NCBI GenBank assembly: GCA_965237805.1
Contig: OZ250153.1
Location: 1,408,001-1,472,000 of the forward strand
Origin: Gammaproteobacteria bacterium
GTDB lineage: Bacteria > Pseudomonadota > Gammaproteobacteria > JABABF01
Direction of reading: 5' to 3'
DNA: 64,000 nt
The notes beneath the pieces are model-generated. The model was not told the DNA's origin and searched no databases. It saw only the letters and a program-made list of their open reading frames with translations. A program made the position numbers and the translations under genes. Position 1 is the first letter of the stretch. Every line of letters begins with the position of its first letter. Below, one piece after another: positions 46,660 to 57,359 of the stretch.

Positions 46660-46666
46660 GATTCGC

Positions 46667-47200
46667 TCAGTCTCTCCGATCCGTCGGTGCCAGCAGCGTG
46701 ATATCGACCGCTGCAACACCGAGCTGGTGCAACAGCCGCGCTTCCAGCGCTTCCATGCATGCCGCTTCGACGGCATGTTGATGATCGTGCCCGAGCAAGT
46801 GTAGTGTGCCGTGCATCGTCAGATGCGCCCAGTGTGCGCTGGGGTTGCGGCCCAGTTGACTTGCCTCGCGCCATACCACCGGTGCGCACAGCACCACATC
46901 GCCGAGCAATGGCAGTGGGATATCTGACGGCAGCTCGGCGGCGAAGGCGAGCACATTGGTTGTGCCCTGCCGCTGGCGGTAGCGCCGGTTCAGCCTGCGC
47001 ATCTCCGCTTCGTCGACGAGACGCAGGCAGAGTTGGCAATGTCCGCTGTCGACGGTGTCCAGCGCGGCTCCAGCCCAACGGCGCAGGCGCTGAGCGGAAG
47101 GATGCCGGGCGCACGTGGCGAATTGGACAGTGATGGAGTGTCTTGGCAGTGCCCTCGGTTCGGCAGCTGCTACGGCGGGGCTGGTGGCGGTAGCGCTCAC
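46667..47200 (-). CDS. ybeY: rRNA maturation RNase YbeY
   Basis: LNRRYR, TNVLAF, LGDVVLC, HGTLHLLGHDH. Confidence 0.95.
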   Translation of the reverse strand: MSATATSPAVAAAEPRALPRHSITVQFATCARHPSAQRLRRWAGAALDTVDSGHCQLCLRLVDEAEMRRLNRRYRQRQGTTNVLAFAAELPSDIPLPLLGDVVLCAPVVWREASQLGRNPSAHWAHLTMHGTLHLLGHDHQHAVEAACMEALEARLLHQLGVAAVDITLLAPTDRRD

Positions 47201-48249
47201 AGCTTGCCGTCTTCCGCTGGCTCTTGCTCATAGGCCTGAACGATGCGTTGTATCAGTGGATGACGCACGATGTCACCGCCTTGGAAGCGGATTACCGAGA
47301 CCCCTTCCAACTGTCGCAGTCGCCGGGCAGCATCGCGCAACCCAGAGCAGGTTCCCGGTGCCAAGTCGACTTGGCTCAGGTCGCCGTTGGCGACGGCGGT
47401 GGAGCCGAAACCCAAGCGCGTGAGAAACATTTTCATCTGCGCTACCGTGGTGTTTTGAGCCTCGTCCAAGATGACGAAGGATCGACTGAGGGTGCGCCCG
47501 CGCATATAGGCCAGAGGTGCCACTTCGATGGTGCCGTTGTCCACTTCGCGTTGCAGGCGCTCGCTACCGAGTGTTTCGTGCAGGGCATCGTAGAGCGGGC
47601 GTAGATAGGGGTCGGTTTTTTGGCGCAGGTCGCCGGGCAAAAAACCGAGCCGCTCGCCGGCCTCGATCGCCGGTCGCACCAGCACAATACGCCGCACCCG
47701 CTCCTGCTCCAGCGCTTCGACGGCACAGGCCACGGCGAGATAGCTCTTGCCAGTGCCCGCAGGGCCCAAGCCCAAGCACAGTTCCCCGTTGCGGATGCAC
47801 TCCACATAGCGTCGCTGGCGCGCACCGCGTGGCTCAATCAGACGCCGCCGCAGCTGCAGAGGCGGGGTCGCCTTTGCTGACCCCGCCGCTGCTTCTCGCA
47901 TCACCTTGCTACCGTCGATGTCAGCTAATTGCAGGTGGATCTGCTCCGATGATAATTCTTGGGCCGTGCTGACGGTGCGCTGGTAGAGGAGGTGGAGTAG
48001 CTGGCGTCCACGGCGCACAGCATCGTCGCTGCCGCGCAGGCTGATGCGGTTGCCGCGGCGCAGGATGCGCAGTTTCAAGGTGCCCTCGATCTGGCGCAGA
48101 TTCTGGTCGTCCCGCCCGCACAGCTGTGCCAGACAGCTGTTGTCCATCGGCTCCAGCACCAGCAGGCTGTGTTGCGGCTGCAGTGTCCCGCGTGCTTTTG
48201 CGTCTGCCGCTATGGGCTCGCCGCTATGTCGTCGCTGCATATCCGTCAC
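47197..48249 (-). CDS. phoH: PhoH-family ATPase (YbeZ)
   Basis: [47 protein letters not shown]. Confidence 0.95.
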   Translation of the reverse strand: MTDMQRRHSGEPIAADAKARGTLQPQHSLLVLEPMDNSCLAQLCGRDDQNLRQIEGTLKLRILRRGNRISLRGSDDAVRRGRQLLHLLYQRTVSTAQELSSEQIHLQLADIDGSKVMREAAAGSAKATPPLQLRRRLIEPRGARQRRYVECIRNGELCLGLGPAGTGKSYLAVACAVEALEQERVRRIVLVRPAIEAGERLGFLPGDLRQKTDPYLRPLYDALHETLGSERLQREVDNGTIEVAPLAYMRGRTLSRSFVILDEAQNTTVAQMKMFLTRLGFGSTAVANGDLSQVDLAPGTCSGLRDAARRLRQLEGVSVIRFQGGDIVRHPLIQRIVQAYEQEPAEDGKL

Positions 48250-49589
48250 GATGATGCGGTCAGCTGTCCGCGCAGGCTGTGCGCGCGGGCTCCCGTGATT
48301 GTCAATTCCGTGAATTCGCCGATTGGGGAGACCCCGTGCGGTGCTGGGAAATTGACCACACGGTTATTGGTGGTGCGCCCCTGCAGCTCACTTGGGTCAC
48401 GTCGCGATGACCCGGTGACCAAGACCAGCTGGCGGGTGCCGACCATGCTGCGGGAGCGTGCTTCGCCCTGCTCTGCCAGCAGCTCCTGTAGGCGTTGCAG
48501 GCGCTCGCGCTTGCGCGCCTGCGGGGTGTCGTCGGGCAGGCTAGCTGCTGGTGTGCCGGGTCGCGCACTGTAGAGAAAGGAATAGGATTGATCGAAGCCG
48601 ATGTCCCGCACTAGCTGTAGTGTGTCTTCGAAATCCCGCTCGCTCTCCCCCGGGAAGCCAACGATGAAATCCGAGGACAGGCTGAGCGCGGGCTGAGCCC
48701 GGCGCAAGGCGCGCGCCCGGTTGCGGTATTCGAGCGCGGTGTAGCCGCGTTTCATCAGCGCCAAGATCCGGTCGGAGCCACTCTGTGCTGGCAGGTGCAC
48801 GTGCTGAGCCAACTGCGGCACTTCGGCATGCGCCGCCACCAGATCATCATCCATCTCCAGCGGATGGGAGGTCGTGTAGCGGATGCGTCCGATGCCATCG
48901 ATGGTGGCGATCATACGGATCAGTTCGCCCAAGCGCACGACATCGCCCGCCCGGTCGCCGCGTCCGCGGTAGCCGTTGACATTCTGCCCCAACAAGCTCA
49001 GTTCGCGCACCCCGCGGGCGGCTAGCTGGCGCGCTTCTGCCATCACATCGGCCACCGGGCGGCTCCATTCCTCGCCGCGCGTATAGGGCACGATGCAGAA
49101 GCTGCAGTACTTGCTACACCCCTCCATGATCGAGAGCCAAGCCGTTGGCCCCTCGCTACAGGGTATCGGCAGCTGGTCGAATTTCTCGATCTCAGGGAAG
49201 CTGATATCGATCACGGGAACCCGCTTGCTGCGTCGTTTTGCGATCATCGCTGGCAGGCGGTGCAAGGTCTGGGGGCCGAAGACCAAGTCCACCCACGGTG
49301 CCCGTTGCTGCAATGCGGCACCCTCTTGGCTGGCGACACACCCGCCGACGCCGATCAGCAATCCTGGCTTGGCCTGTTTGAGTGCACGCCACCGACCGAG
49401 CTTGTGGAACACTTTTTCCTGGGCTTTTTCGCGTACGGAGCAGGTGTTGAGCAACAGCAGATCGGCTGTCTCCGGGCTTTGCGCCGGACTCATCCCGCAT
49501 TGTTGCACGACTAAGGCAGCAAGTCGTTCCGAGTCGTGGACATTCATCTGGCAGCCGTGCGTTTCGATGTAGAAACGGCTACTTGACAT
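48246..49589 (-). CDS. miaB: tRNA-2-methylthio-N6-dimethylallyladenosine synthase
   Basis: [41 protein letters not shown] domain. Confidence 0.98.
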   Translation of the reverse strand: MSSSRFYIETHGCQMNVHDSERLAALVVQQCGMSPAQSPETADLLLLNTCSVREKAQEKVFHKLGRWRALKQAKPGLLIGVGGCVASQEGAALQQRAPWVDLVFGPQTLHRLPAMIAKRRSKRVPVIDISFPEIEKFDQLPIPCSEGPTAWLSIMEGCSKYCSFCIVPYTRGEEWSRPVADVMAEARQLAARGVRELSLLGQNVNGYRGRGDRAGDVVRLGELIRMIATIDGIGRIRYTTSHPLEMDDDLVAAHAEVPQLAQHVHLPAQSGSDRILALMKRGYTALEYRNRARALRRAQPALSLSSDFIVGFPGESERDFEDTLQLVRDIGFDQSYSFLYSARPGTPAASLPDDTPQARKRERLQRLQELLAEQGEARSRSMVGTRQLVLVTGSSRRDPSELQGRTTNNRVVNFPAPHGVSPIGEFTELTITGARAHSLRGQLTASS

Positions 49590-49666
49590 AATTGGGGTGG
49601 CGACAGTGCCCGCCGACTCGATGCATTAATTGTAGCCTGATTTGGTGGCAGGAGCGGGGCGGTGCT

Positions 49667-50314
49667 TCATAGCCAGCGGCTGGAGCCGGTCATCAGCTTG
49701 GCACAGCTGCGCATGGCTCGCCGCAGCGGTACCGGCGGCAGCTGGCCACCACGCGAGAGCGCGTCGGCACCATGCCCGGTTTCCTCTGTCAACATGCGCT
49801 CGACAATGGCGCGGCTGCTGTGAGCTGCGGGGGGCAGCCGCTTCAGGTGCTCGCGCAGATGCTCGGATACCTGCTCTTCGGTGGCGGCGATGAAGCCTAG
49901 CCCCAGCGCTGTCGGCAGGCAACCAGCCGCCGCGCCCATGCCCCAAGACAGCGCGTACCAGATCGGATTCAGGTGGCTCGGGGCGCTGTGTAGCGCCGCG
50001 AGGCTCTGTTCGCACCAAGCGAGGTGATCACCCTCTTCCCGCGCCGCCCGCAACAGCGCGTCGCGTTGGCTGGCGCTGGTGGCTGCCTGTCCTCGGTACA
50101 GCGCTTGTGCGCAGACCTCGCCGCTGTGGTTGACGCGCATCAAGCCAGCGGCGAGCCGCTGCTCAGCGCTGTCCAAGCCCGCATCCGATTCTCCGCTGTC
50201 GGCTGCTGGGGCGGGACGCCCCCCGCGGCCAGTGGCCGCGGGGCATAGCGTGCGCAGTGCTTGGTCAAGCTCGTCGATGGCTCGATCCATGCCGGAGCGT
50301 CGTTGCGTGTTCAT
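49667..50314 (-). CDS. coq7: Demethoxyubiquinone hydroxylase (di-iron)
   Basis: LMRVNHSGEVCAQALYRGQ, EEGDHLAWC, TEEQVSEHL, EETGH; ATGA overlap with purD stop. Confidence 0.93.
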   Translation of the reverse strand: MNTQRRSGMDRAIDELDQALRTLCPAATGRGGRPAPAADSGESDAGLDSAEQRLAAGLMRVNHSGEVCAQALYRGQAATSASQRDALLRAAREEGDHLAWCEQSLAALHSAPSHLNPIWYALSWGMGAAAGCLPTALGLGFIAATEEQVSEHLREHLKRLPPAAHSSRAIVERMLTEETGHGADALSRGGQLPPVPLRRAMRSCAKLMTGSSRWL

Positions 50315-51588
50315 CGTGTCGCGGCACCGATGTCGCGCCGGTGGAACAGCCCTTGGCAGTCGATGGTGTCGCACAGAGCATAGGCTCGCCGGCGAGCTTC
50401 GTCGATGCCCTCGCCCAGCGCGGTGGCGCAGAGGACGCGGCCTCCGGCCGTCTCCAAGCGGCCATTGGCGGTGCTGGTTCCAGCATGGAACAGCTGGGTA
50501 TCGAGGGGCAACTGGGATGGTAGCGTGATCGCGTCGCCGCTGCGGGGGGTGCCGGGATAACCCTCGGCAGCGAGTACGACACCGACCGCATCTCGCGGTG
50601 ACCACTGCACCGTCTGCTGTGCCAACTCGCCCGCCAGCGCCGCTTGACACAGCGTGTAGAGATCACTGCGCAATCGCGGCAGGATGACTTGAGTTTCCGG
50701 ATCGCCGAGGCGACAGTTGAATTCCAACAGCTGTGGTGCCCCGGTGGCATCGATCATTAGGCCAGCGTAGAGAAAGCCAGTGTAGGGCAACCCTTCCTCG
50801 GCGAGGCCGCGAACAGCGGGCCACATCACTTCGTCGAGGATGCGCCGACCCAGCGGCTCATCGTATAGCGGTGCCGGTGAGACGGCTCCCATGCCACCCG
50901 TATTGGGGCCGGTGTCGCCGTCGCCGACGCGCTTGTGGTCGCGTGACGAAGCCAATGGCAGCAGTTGACCGGCACCGACCAAGGCAATGAAGCTCAGCTC
51001 CTCTCCCTCCAAGCACTGCTCCAACACGACCCGCTGCCCAGCCGCGCCGAAGCGCCGGTCGACCATGATTTGCTCTAAGGCCGCTTCCGCCTGTGCCATG
51101 TCGTGGGCCACGACGACGCCTTTGCCAGCGGCGAGGCCGTCGGCCTTGACGACGATGGGGGTGCCGTGGCGGTGCAGCTGCTTACGCGCCGACTCTATGT
51201 CCTCGAAAGCCTGCCAGTCGGCGGTGGGAAGCCGGTGGCGGCGCATGAATTCCTTGGCGAAGATCTTAGAACTTTCCAGCCGTGCGGCGGCGCGTGTGGG
51301 TCCCAAGCAGGGCAGGCCGCGGGCGGCAAAGGCGTCGGTGATGCCGGCGGCCAGCACGGCCTCCGGCCCGATGACGGTCAGCGCGATGTGCTTGGCAGCG
51401 GCGAAATCGACCAATTCCTCAATCGCCAGTGCGTCGATCGGCACATTGCTCAGTTTGGGGTGTTGGCCAGCGCTGGTCCCGGCATTGCCCGGGGCGACAA
51501 ACAGCTGTGAGACCGTTGGCGAAGCTGCCAGCGACCAAGCGAGCGCGTGTTCGCGCCCGCCGTTTCCTACGACCATCAGGCGATCCAC
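50311..51588 (-). CDS. purD: Phosphoribosylamine--glycine ligase
   Basis: GNGGREHAL, APGNAG, KADGLAAGKGV, DHKR, GPNTGGMGA, EFNCRLGDPE. Confidence 0.98.
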   Translation of the reverse strand: MDRLMVVGNGGREHALAWSLAASPTVSQLFVAPGNAGTSAGQHPKLSNVPIDALAIEELVDFAAAKHIALTVIGPEAVLAAGITDAFAARGLPCLGPTRAAARLESSKIFAKEFMRRHRLPTADWQAFEDIESARKQLHRHGTPIVVKADGLAAGKGVVVAHDMAQAEAALEQIMVDRRFGAAGQRVVLEQCLEGEELSFIALVGAGQLLPLASSRDHKRVGDGDTGPNTGGMGAVSPAPLYDEPLGRRILDEVMWPAVRGLAEEGLPYTGFLYAGLMIDATGAPQLLEFNCRLGDPETQVILPRLRSDLYTLCQAALAGELAQQTVQWSPRDAVGVVLAAEGYPGTPRSGDAITLPSQLPLDTQLFHAGTSTANGRLETAGGRVLCATALGEGIDEARRRAYALCDTIDCQGLFHRRDIGAATR

Positions 51589-51604
51589 AGTAGTAGCCTG
51601 TCGC

Positions 51605-53179
51605 TCAGTGGCGGAAGTGGCGCTGGCCTGTGAACAGCATCGTCAAGCCCAAGCGGTCGGCGGCCGCGATGACCTCATCATCGCGGCGCGAGCCGCCGGG
51701 TTGCACCACACAGCGGATGTTGGCCTCGGCGGCGACTTCGACACCGTCGGCAAAGGGGAAGAAGGCATCTGAGGCCAGCACTGCACCGTCCAAGCTGTGG
51801 TTGGATTCGGCGGCGCGCAAAGCGGCGATGCGCACGCTGAAGACGCGGCTAGTCTGGCCAGCACCGATGCCCAAAGTGAGACCACCGCCAGCGCAGACGA
51901 TGGCATTAGATTTGACGAATTGGCAGATGATCCAAGCGAATTCTAGGTCGGCGAGCTCCGCTGCGCTGGCCTGCCGGGCGCTGACGCAGCGCCAGTCGCT
52001 GGCAGGCGGCCCGGCGCGGTCGCGCTGCTGTACCAACAGCCCGGCGCGGATGCGTTGCCCGTGCAGCGCTTGGCTGTGGTTCGAGCCGAGCTCGCCACAG
52101 GCCAGCACCCGCAGTGCTGGCCGCGCTGCCAGTAGCGCCAGTGCCCGTTGGTCGACTGAGGGCGCGATCAGCAGTTCTGCGAACGGGCCGTTGAGCACGG
52201 CTTGGGCGGTATCGATATCGAGTGGGCGGTTCAGGGCGATGATGCCGCCGAAGGCCGATTCGGCATCGCTGCTGAGCGCCGCTTCGAAAGCCGCTGCCGG
52301 GCGCTGACGCAGTGCCGCGCCGCAGGGGTTGGAGTGTTTGACGATGACACAAGCTGGCCCTTGCAACGAGCGCACACATTCCAAAGCGGTGTCGGCGTCG
52401 GCGATATTGTTGAAAGACAGCTCCTTGCCCTGCAATTGTTGTGCGGTGGCGGCGCTAGCTTGCTGCGCTGTGCTGTCGTCGTCCACATACAGCGCGGCGC
52501 GCTGTTGTGGGTTCTCGCCATAGCGCAGCGATGCCTTGAAGCGCAGGCGCAAGGGTTCCCGAGTCGGCCACTCATCTGCGGTGGGCTCCCGCTCCGCCAT
52601 CCAAGTGGCGATGGCCTGATCGTAGGCTGCAGTATGCGCGAAGGCTCGAATTGCCAAGCGCTGGCGCATCGCCTGATCCAGCCCCCCCGTACGCAGTGCT
52701 TCGAGTATGGCACCGTAATCATCCGGCTCGACCACCACAGCCACATCGCGGTGGTTTTTAGCCGCGGCTCGCAACAGCGATGGGCCGCCAATATCGATTT
52801 GCTCGACCACCGCTTCGGGTGTCGCATCAGTGCGCGCAGCGGTGGCGGCAAAGGGGTAGAGGTTGACGACAACCAGATCGATGGGGGCGATATCGTTTGC
52901 GGACATCACCTCGTCGTCGATGCCGCGGCGTCCCAAGATGCCGCCGACGATTTTAGGGTGCATGGTCTTGACACGCCCGCCCATAATCTCAGGGAAGCCG
53001 GTATGCTCGCTGACCGCTGTGGCGGCGATGCCGTGCTCGTCGAGCAGCTGCAGGGTGCCGCCGGTGGACAGCAACTCGCAACCCAACTCGGCCAAGCCAC
53101 CCGCCAGTTCCGCTAGACCGCGCTTGTCGCTGAGGCTGATCAGGGCGCGCCGTGCGCACCACGGCCTCTCTTCGCTCAC
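51605..53179 (-). CDS. purH: Bifunctional AICAR transformylase/IMP cyclohydrolase
   Basis: STGGT, GGRVKTMHP, IDIGGP, LRYGENPQQ, VKHSNPCG, SDAFFPF, RHFRH. Confidence 0.98.
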   Translation of the reverse strand: MSEERPWCARRALISLSDKRGLAELAGGLAELGCELLSTGGTLQLLDEHGIAATAVSEHTGFPEIMGGRVKTMHPKIVGGILGRRGIDDEVMSANDIAPIDLVVVNLYPFAATAARTDATPEAVVEQIDIGGPSLLRAAAKNHRDVAVVVEPDDYGAILEALRTGGLDQAMRQRLAIRAFAHTAAYDQAIATWMAEREPTADEWPTREPLRLRFKASLRYGENPQQRAALYVDDDSTAQQASAATAQQLQGKELSFNNIADADTALECVRSLQGPACVIVKHSNPCGAALRQRPAAAFEAALSSDAESAFGGIIALNRPLDIDTAQAVLNGPFAELLIAPSVDQRALALLAARPALRVLACGELGSNHSQALHGQRIRAGLLVQQRDRAGPPASDWRCVSARQASAAELADLEFAWIICQFVKSNAIVCAGGGLTLGIGAGQTSRVFSVRIAALRAAESNHSLDGAVLASDAFFPFADGVEVAAEANIRCVVQPGGSRRDDEVIAAADRLGLTMLFTGQRHFRH

Positions 53180-53478
53180 GACAATAGATTGTGGCGCTGG
53201 AGTTTTCGCCGCAGTGTGGCGCGGCTGATGCCGAGCACTTGAGCCGCCGCGCTCTGATTGTGCTCGGTGTGTTGCAAGACGCGGCGCAACAGCGGTAGCT
53301 CCACTTGGTCGAGTACCGACTGGTAGACACCGCTGACACGCTCGCCGTTTAGCAGGCTGAAATAGCGCTGCATCACCCGGTCAACGCAGTCTGTAATCGG
53401 CGGGGTGCCAGTGCTGGAGCCAGTGTGCGCTGGACTGTCACCGGGAGCTGTTGGGGTGGCGGATGTTGTGCGGGGCAT
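53176..53478 (-). CDS. fis: DNA-binding protein Fis
   Basis: VYQSVLDQVELPLL, NQSAAAQVLGISRATLRRKL; directly upstream of purH; start uncertain. Confidence 0.9.
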   Translation of the reverse strand: MPRTTSATPTAPGDSPAHTGSSTGTPPITDCVDRVMQRYFSLLNGERVSGVYQSVLDQVELPLLRRVLQHTEHNQSAAAQVLGISRATLRRKLQRHNLLS

Positions 53479-53523
53479 CAGGCGCGGGGCGCTCGGGTCT
53501 GGACGCAAATTGTAAAGCAGTCC

Positions 53524-54885
53524 TCAGTTGGAGGTGGAGTGCTTGCCCGCGCGCTTCTCCAGATAGTGGATGTCGGTACCGCCGCGCAGCACGGCATCCT
53601 CTTGCAGTAGTTGTTGGTGCAGTGGAATATTGGTCTTCACGCCGACGATGACCAACTCGCTCAGCGCTTGGCGCATGCGCAGCTGAGCCTGGGCACGGTT
53701 TTCGCCGCTACTGATAATCTTGGCGAGCAGAGAGTCGTAGTGCGACGGCACGGTGTAGCCGCTGTAGATATGGGAGTCGACGCGCACCCCGAGTCCGCCC
53801 GGTGCGTGGTAGTAGTCGATAGCGCCGGGCGAGGGGAGGAAAGTTGATGGATCCTCCGCGTTGATACGGCATTCCAGCGCGTGCCCGCGTAGTGCCACAT
53901 CCTCTTGTCGCCATGGCAGCTTCTCGCCTTGGGCGATGCGCAATTGGGCGTTCACCAGATCGATGCCGGTCAGCATTTCCGTGATCGGGTGCTCGACTTG
54001 GATGCGGGTGTTCATCTCGATGAAGTGGAACTCACCGTCTTGGTAGAGAAATTCAAAGGTGCCAGCACCACAGTATCCTAAGCGGCGGCAGCTGTCGGCG
54101 CAGCGCTCGGCGATGGCTTGGCGCGCGCTGTCGGGGATGCCGGGTGCCGGGGCTTCTTCGAGGATTTTTTGGTGGCGGCGCTGCAGGGAGCAGTCGCGTT
54201 CCCACAGGTGGATGACATTGCCGTAGTTGTCCGCCAGCACCTGTACCTCAATGTGCCGAGGGTGATCGAGATATTTCTCGAGATAGACGCGGGCATCGCC
54301 GAAGCTGCTCTCGGCTTCGTTGCGGGTGATGGCCAGCGTCTCGGCTAAGCGGGCTTCGCTGTGTACCACGCTCATGCCGCGCCCGCCGCCGCCCGCTGCC
54401 GCCTTGATCAGCACCGGGTAGCCGATGTCGCGTGCGATGGCCGCATTCTGGTGGTCATCGTGTCCCAGCGTTGCGCCCGAGCCCGGCACGGTTGGCAGGC
54501 CGAGCTCGCGCATCGTTTTGATGGCCTGCACTTTATCGCCCATCAGGCGGATTGATTCTGGCTTGGGGCCGATGAAAGTAAAGCCGCTGCGCTCGACCTG
54601 CTCGGCAAATTCCGGTTTTTCGGCCAAGAAACCGTAGCCGGGGTGGATGGCGGAGGCATCGGTGACCTCGGCGGCACTGATCACCGCCGGGATGTTCAGG
54701 TAGCTCTCGCTGGCGGGTGGTGGCCCGATGCACACCGATTCATCGGCCAAGCGCACATGTAGCAATTCGCTGTCCACATCCGAGTGAATAGCCACGGTGC
54801 GGATGTCCAAGTCGCGGCAGGCGCGCAGGATGCGCAGAGCGATCTCGCCACGGTTGGCGATCAACACCTTGTTGAACGCGGGCAT
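53524..54885 (-). CDS. accC: Acetyl-CoA carboxylase biotin carboxylase
   Basis: [46 protein letters not shown]. Confidence 0.98.
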   Translation of the reverse strand: MPAFNKVLIANRGEIALRILRACRDLDIRTVAIHSDVDSELLHVRLADESVCIGPPPASESYLNIPAVISAAEVTDASAIHPGYGFLAEKPEFAEQVERSGFTFIGPKPESIRLMGDKVQAIKTMRELGLPTVPGSGATLGHDDHQNAAIARDIGYPVLIKAAAGGGGRGMSVVHSEARLAETLAITRNEAESSFGDARVYLEKYLDHPRHIEVQVLADNYGNVIHLWERDCSLQRRHQKILEEAPAPGIPDSARQAIAERCADSCRRLGYCGAGTFEFLYQDGEFHFIEMNTRIQVEHPITEMLTGIDLVNAQLRIAQGEKLPWRQEDVALRGHALECRINAEDPSTFLPSPGAIDYYHAPGGLGVRVDSHIYSGYTVPSHYDSLLAKIISSGENRAQAQLRMRQALSELVIVGVKTNIPLHQQLLQEDAVLRGGTDIHYLEKRAGKHSTSN

Positions 54886-54891
54886 GGCGGT

Positions 54892-55335
54892 TTAGGTGAT
54901 GGTCAGCAGAGCTTGGCCGAATTCCACCGCTTGACCATTTTCGATCAAGATGGCTGTGATCGTCCCGGCGCGATCGGCCTCGATGCGGTTCATCATCTTC
55001 ATCGCTTCGATGATGCAGACCACATCGCCCGGTGCCACCAGGCTGCCAACTTCGACAAAGGGTGGGGCATCCGGTACTGGTGCGCGATAGAAAGTGCCGA
55101 CCATGGGTGAGAGTAGCGCGGCATCTGAGGGTGCAACCCCCTCGTCTTCCTGCGGTGCCCGTGGCGGTTGGGCTGGCAGCTCGCCCGCTGTGTATGCTGG
55201 TGGCGGGGCGAACTGGAGTGCCGGTGCTTGCCGGCGGCTCAGGCGGATCGATTCCTCACCTTCTCGGATCTCAATTTCGTCGAGCGCACTGGCTTCTAGC
55301 ACTTCGATCAGCTTGCGAATTTTGCGGATGTCCAT
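54892..55335 (-). CDS. accB: Biotin carboxyl carrier protein
   Basis: [27 protein letters not shown]. Confidence 0.98.
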   Translation of the reverse strand: MDIRKIRKLIEVLEASALDEIEIREGEESIRLSRRQAPALQFAPPPAYTAGELPAQPPRAPQEDEGVAPSDAALLSPMVGTFYRAPVPDAPPFVEVGSLVAPGDVVCIIEAMKMMNRIEADRAGTITAILIENGQAVEFGQALLTIT

Positions 55336-55365
55336 CGCTTTACCCAGTGACTGCTGATCGCGTGT

Positions 55366-55824
55366 TTAGGCGGCCTGCTCGCCTGCGCGCAACTGTTGCA
55401 AGGCGGCATCCAAAGCCAATTCATAGCCCTGCGGGCCGAGCCCGGTGATCACCCCGCAGGCGATGTCCGAGAAATAGGAGCGCTGGCGGAACTCCTCCCG
55501 TGCTTGCACATTGGATAGATGCACCTCAATGAAGGGTAGCCCCGTGGCCAGTACCGCATCGCGCAGGGCGATACTGGTATGTGTGAAAGCGGCCGGATTC
55601 AGCAACATGAAGTCGACCCCGTCCGCAACGGCCCGTTGCACTTCATTCACCAAATCGTGCTCGGCGTTGCTCTGCACACTGCGCAATTGGCAATCGGCCG
55701 CCGCCGCACGCTCGGTCAAGCGTTGGTCGATTTCACTCAGTGAGCTGTCGCCGTACCATTGCGGCTCGCGTTGCCCGATCAAATTGAGATTGGGGCCATG
55801 TAGCACCAAAATGGAGTGCGCCAT
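55366..55824 (-). CDS. aroQ: Type II 3-dehydroquinate dehydratase
   Basis: LHGPNLNLIGQREP, NPAAFTHTS, EVHLSN, REEFR. Confidence 0.97.
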   Translation of the reverse strand: MAHSILVLHGPNLNLIGQREPQWYGDSSLSEIDQRLTERAAAADCQLRSVQSNAEHDLVNEVQRAVADGVDFMLLNPAAFTHTSIALRDAVLATGLPFIEVHLSNVQAREEFRQRSYFSDIACGVITGLGPQGYELALDAALQQLRAGEQAA

Positions 55825-55832
55825 CGCCGTGA

Positions 55833-56489
55833 TTAGCCATTCCCCTGTTGTGGCCGTAACTTGCGATCCAGCCAGTAGTCGGCGCTGAGCCACGGCCCGC
55901 CACCGATGAACACCAGTGTGATCAGCATCAGCAGATAAGTGACGGCAAATTCGATCCCGTTGTTGAGCACGACAAAATTGCCGTGCGCCGTGAACCATTC
56001 GTAATCGCCGTGCTCCCGCAACAGCTGGCGAGCCTGGCTCAGGCGCTGGCCGACCTCATCGCTGTTGCGCAGGCTTTGCCAGCCGCCGTCCAAGCCGACG
56101 GTGGCCAGTACCCGCGCCGGGCTATGGGCACGGTCGCTGGGAGCGATGGCGAACCAGCCGTATTGCCAGTGCACCGATGCCATGGCGACAATCATTGTGA
56201 AGGCCAACGGGATGGAAATCCAGCGCACGGCCAAGCCGATGACAAGCAGTAGCCCGCCGACCAATTCGGTGCTGGCGGCCAGCGCGGCCATCAGCGTGGG
56301 CAGAGGAATACCGAGACTCTCGAACCACTGCACGGTGGTAGCGAAGTCCTCGAATTTGGTCCAGCCAGCGATGATCAAAACCGGTGCCAAATAGAGCCGT
56401 ATGGCGAGCGACAGTACCCCGGTGGCACAGGGTAGGCGCTCGATTAGTCCATTGTGGAAGCAGTAGAAAGTGTCGATGATTTTAGCCAT
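55833..56489 (-). CDS. DoxX family membrane protein (HvfX-like)
   Basis: IRLYLAPV, AGWTK, TELVGG, VHWQYGWFAIA, NFVVLNNGIEF. Confidence 0.88.
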   Translation of the reverse strand: MAKIIDTFYCFHNGLIERLPCATGVLSLAIRLYLAPVLIIAGWTKFEDFATTVQWFESLGIPLPTLMAALAASTELVGGLLLVIGLAVRWISIPLAFTMIVAMASVHWQYGWFAIAPSDRAHSPARVLATVGLDGGWQSLRNSDEVGQRLSQARQLLREHGDYEWFTAHGNFVVLNNGIEFAVTYLLMLITLVFIGGGPWLSADYWLDRKLRPQQGNG

Positions 56490-56573
56490 GGCGAACCCCC
56501 TGAGACTGTGATGAGTAATGGTGTATTTAGACGAATTTAGCTACTATTCTGCTACTGATGCTAACATGTTTGC

Positions 56574-57335
56574 TCAACTTTTCCAAGCACTGGCGCACAC
56601 CGGGCAGTCGGGATCGGGCGGGATGCGCAGCTCGCGCCAGTGTCCGGCGGCACCATCGAGCAACAGCAGGCGACCGTGCAATGGTTCGCCGTAGCCGCTC
56701 AGCAGCTTGATCGCCTCCAGTGCTTGCAGGCTACCGATGATGCCGGGCACCGGTGCCAGTACCCCGCTGTCGGCGCAACTCGCCGTGCCGACGTGCGACG
56801 GTCGCTTCGGGTAGAGACAGTGGTAGCAGGGGCCGGTGGCGTGGCGGAAGTCGAAGGTGGCGAGCTGCCCCTCGGCGCGAATGGCGGCGCCGGAGACCAA
56901 GGGCACACACGCGCTGGCGGCAGCGCGGTTCAGCGCGTAGCGGGTGTCGAAGTTGTCGCTGGCATCAATGGCCAAGTCGGCGTCTGCGACAGCGCGTTGC
57001 AGTGCTGCGCCGCTCAGCATCTCGGGGAGCTGGTCGATTCGCACCGTCGGATTGAGTGCGCTGAGACGCTGGGCTGCCGAGGCTGTTTTGCTGCGATCGA
57101 TGTCTGCGGTGTCGTGGACGATTTGGCGTTGCAAGTTGCCGAGTTCAACGCGGTCACCGTCGGCCAGCGTCAGTCGGCCGACACCGGCGGCGGCGAGATA
57201 TATGCTGGCTGCGCTACCGAGCCCGCCGAGGCCGACCACGAGTACATGGGCGTCCAGCAATCGTTCTTGGCAGGCCACATCGAAGTCGGGCAACAAGATG
57301 TGCCGGCTGTAGCGCAGCAGTTCGGCATCGTCCAT
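56574..57335 (-). CDS. moeB: MoeB/ThiF family adenylyltransferase
   Basis: RYSRHI, VGLGGLG, NLQRQ, DNFDTR, CYHC, C-terminal CPVC. Confidence 0.9.
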   Translation of the reverse strand: MDDAELLRYSRHILLPDFDVACQERLLDAHVLVVGLGGLGSAASIYLAAAGVGRLTLADGDRVELGNLQRQIVHDTADIDRSKTASAAQRLSALNPTVRIDQLPEMLSGAALQRAVADADLAIDASDNFDTRYALNRAAASACVPLVSGAAIRAEGQLATFDFRHATGPCYHCLYPKRPSHVGTASCADSGVLAPVPGIIGSLQALEAIKLLSGYGEPLHGRLLLLDGAAGHWRELRIPPDPDCPVCASAWKS

Positions 57336-57359
57336 CAGCTCAGCTCCCGCGGTCGCCGC

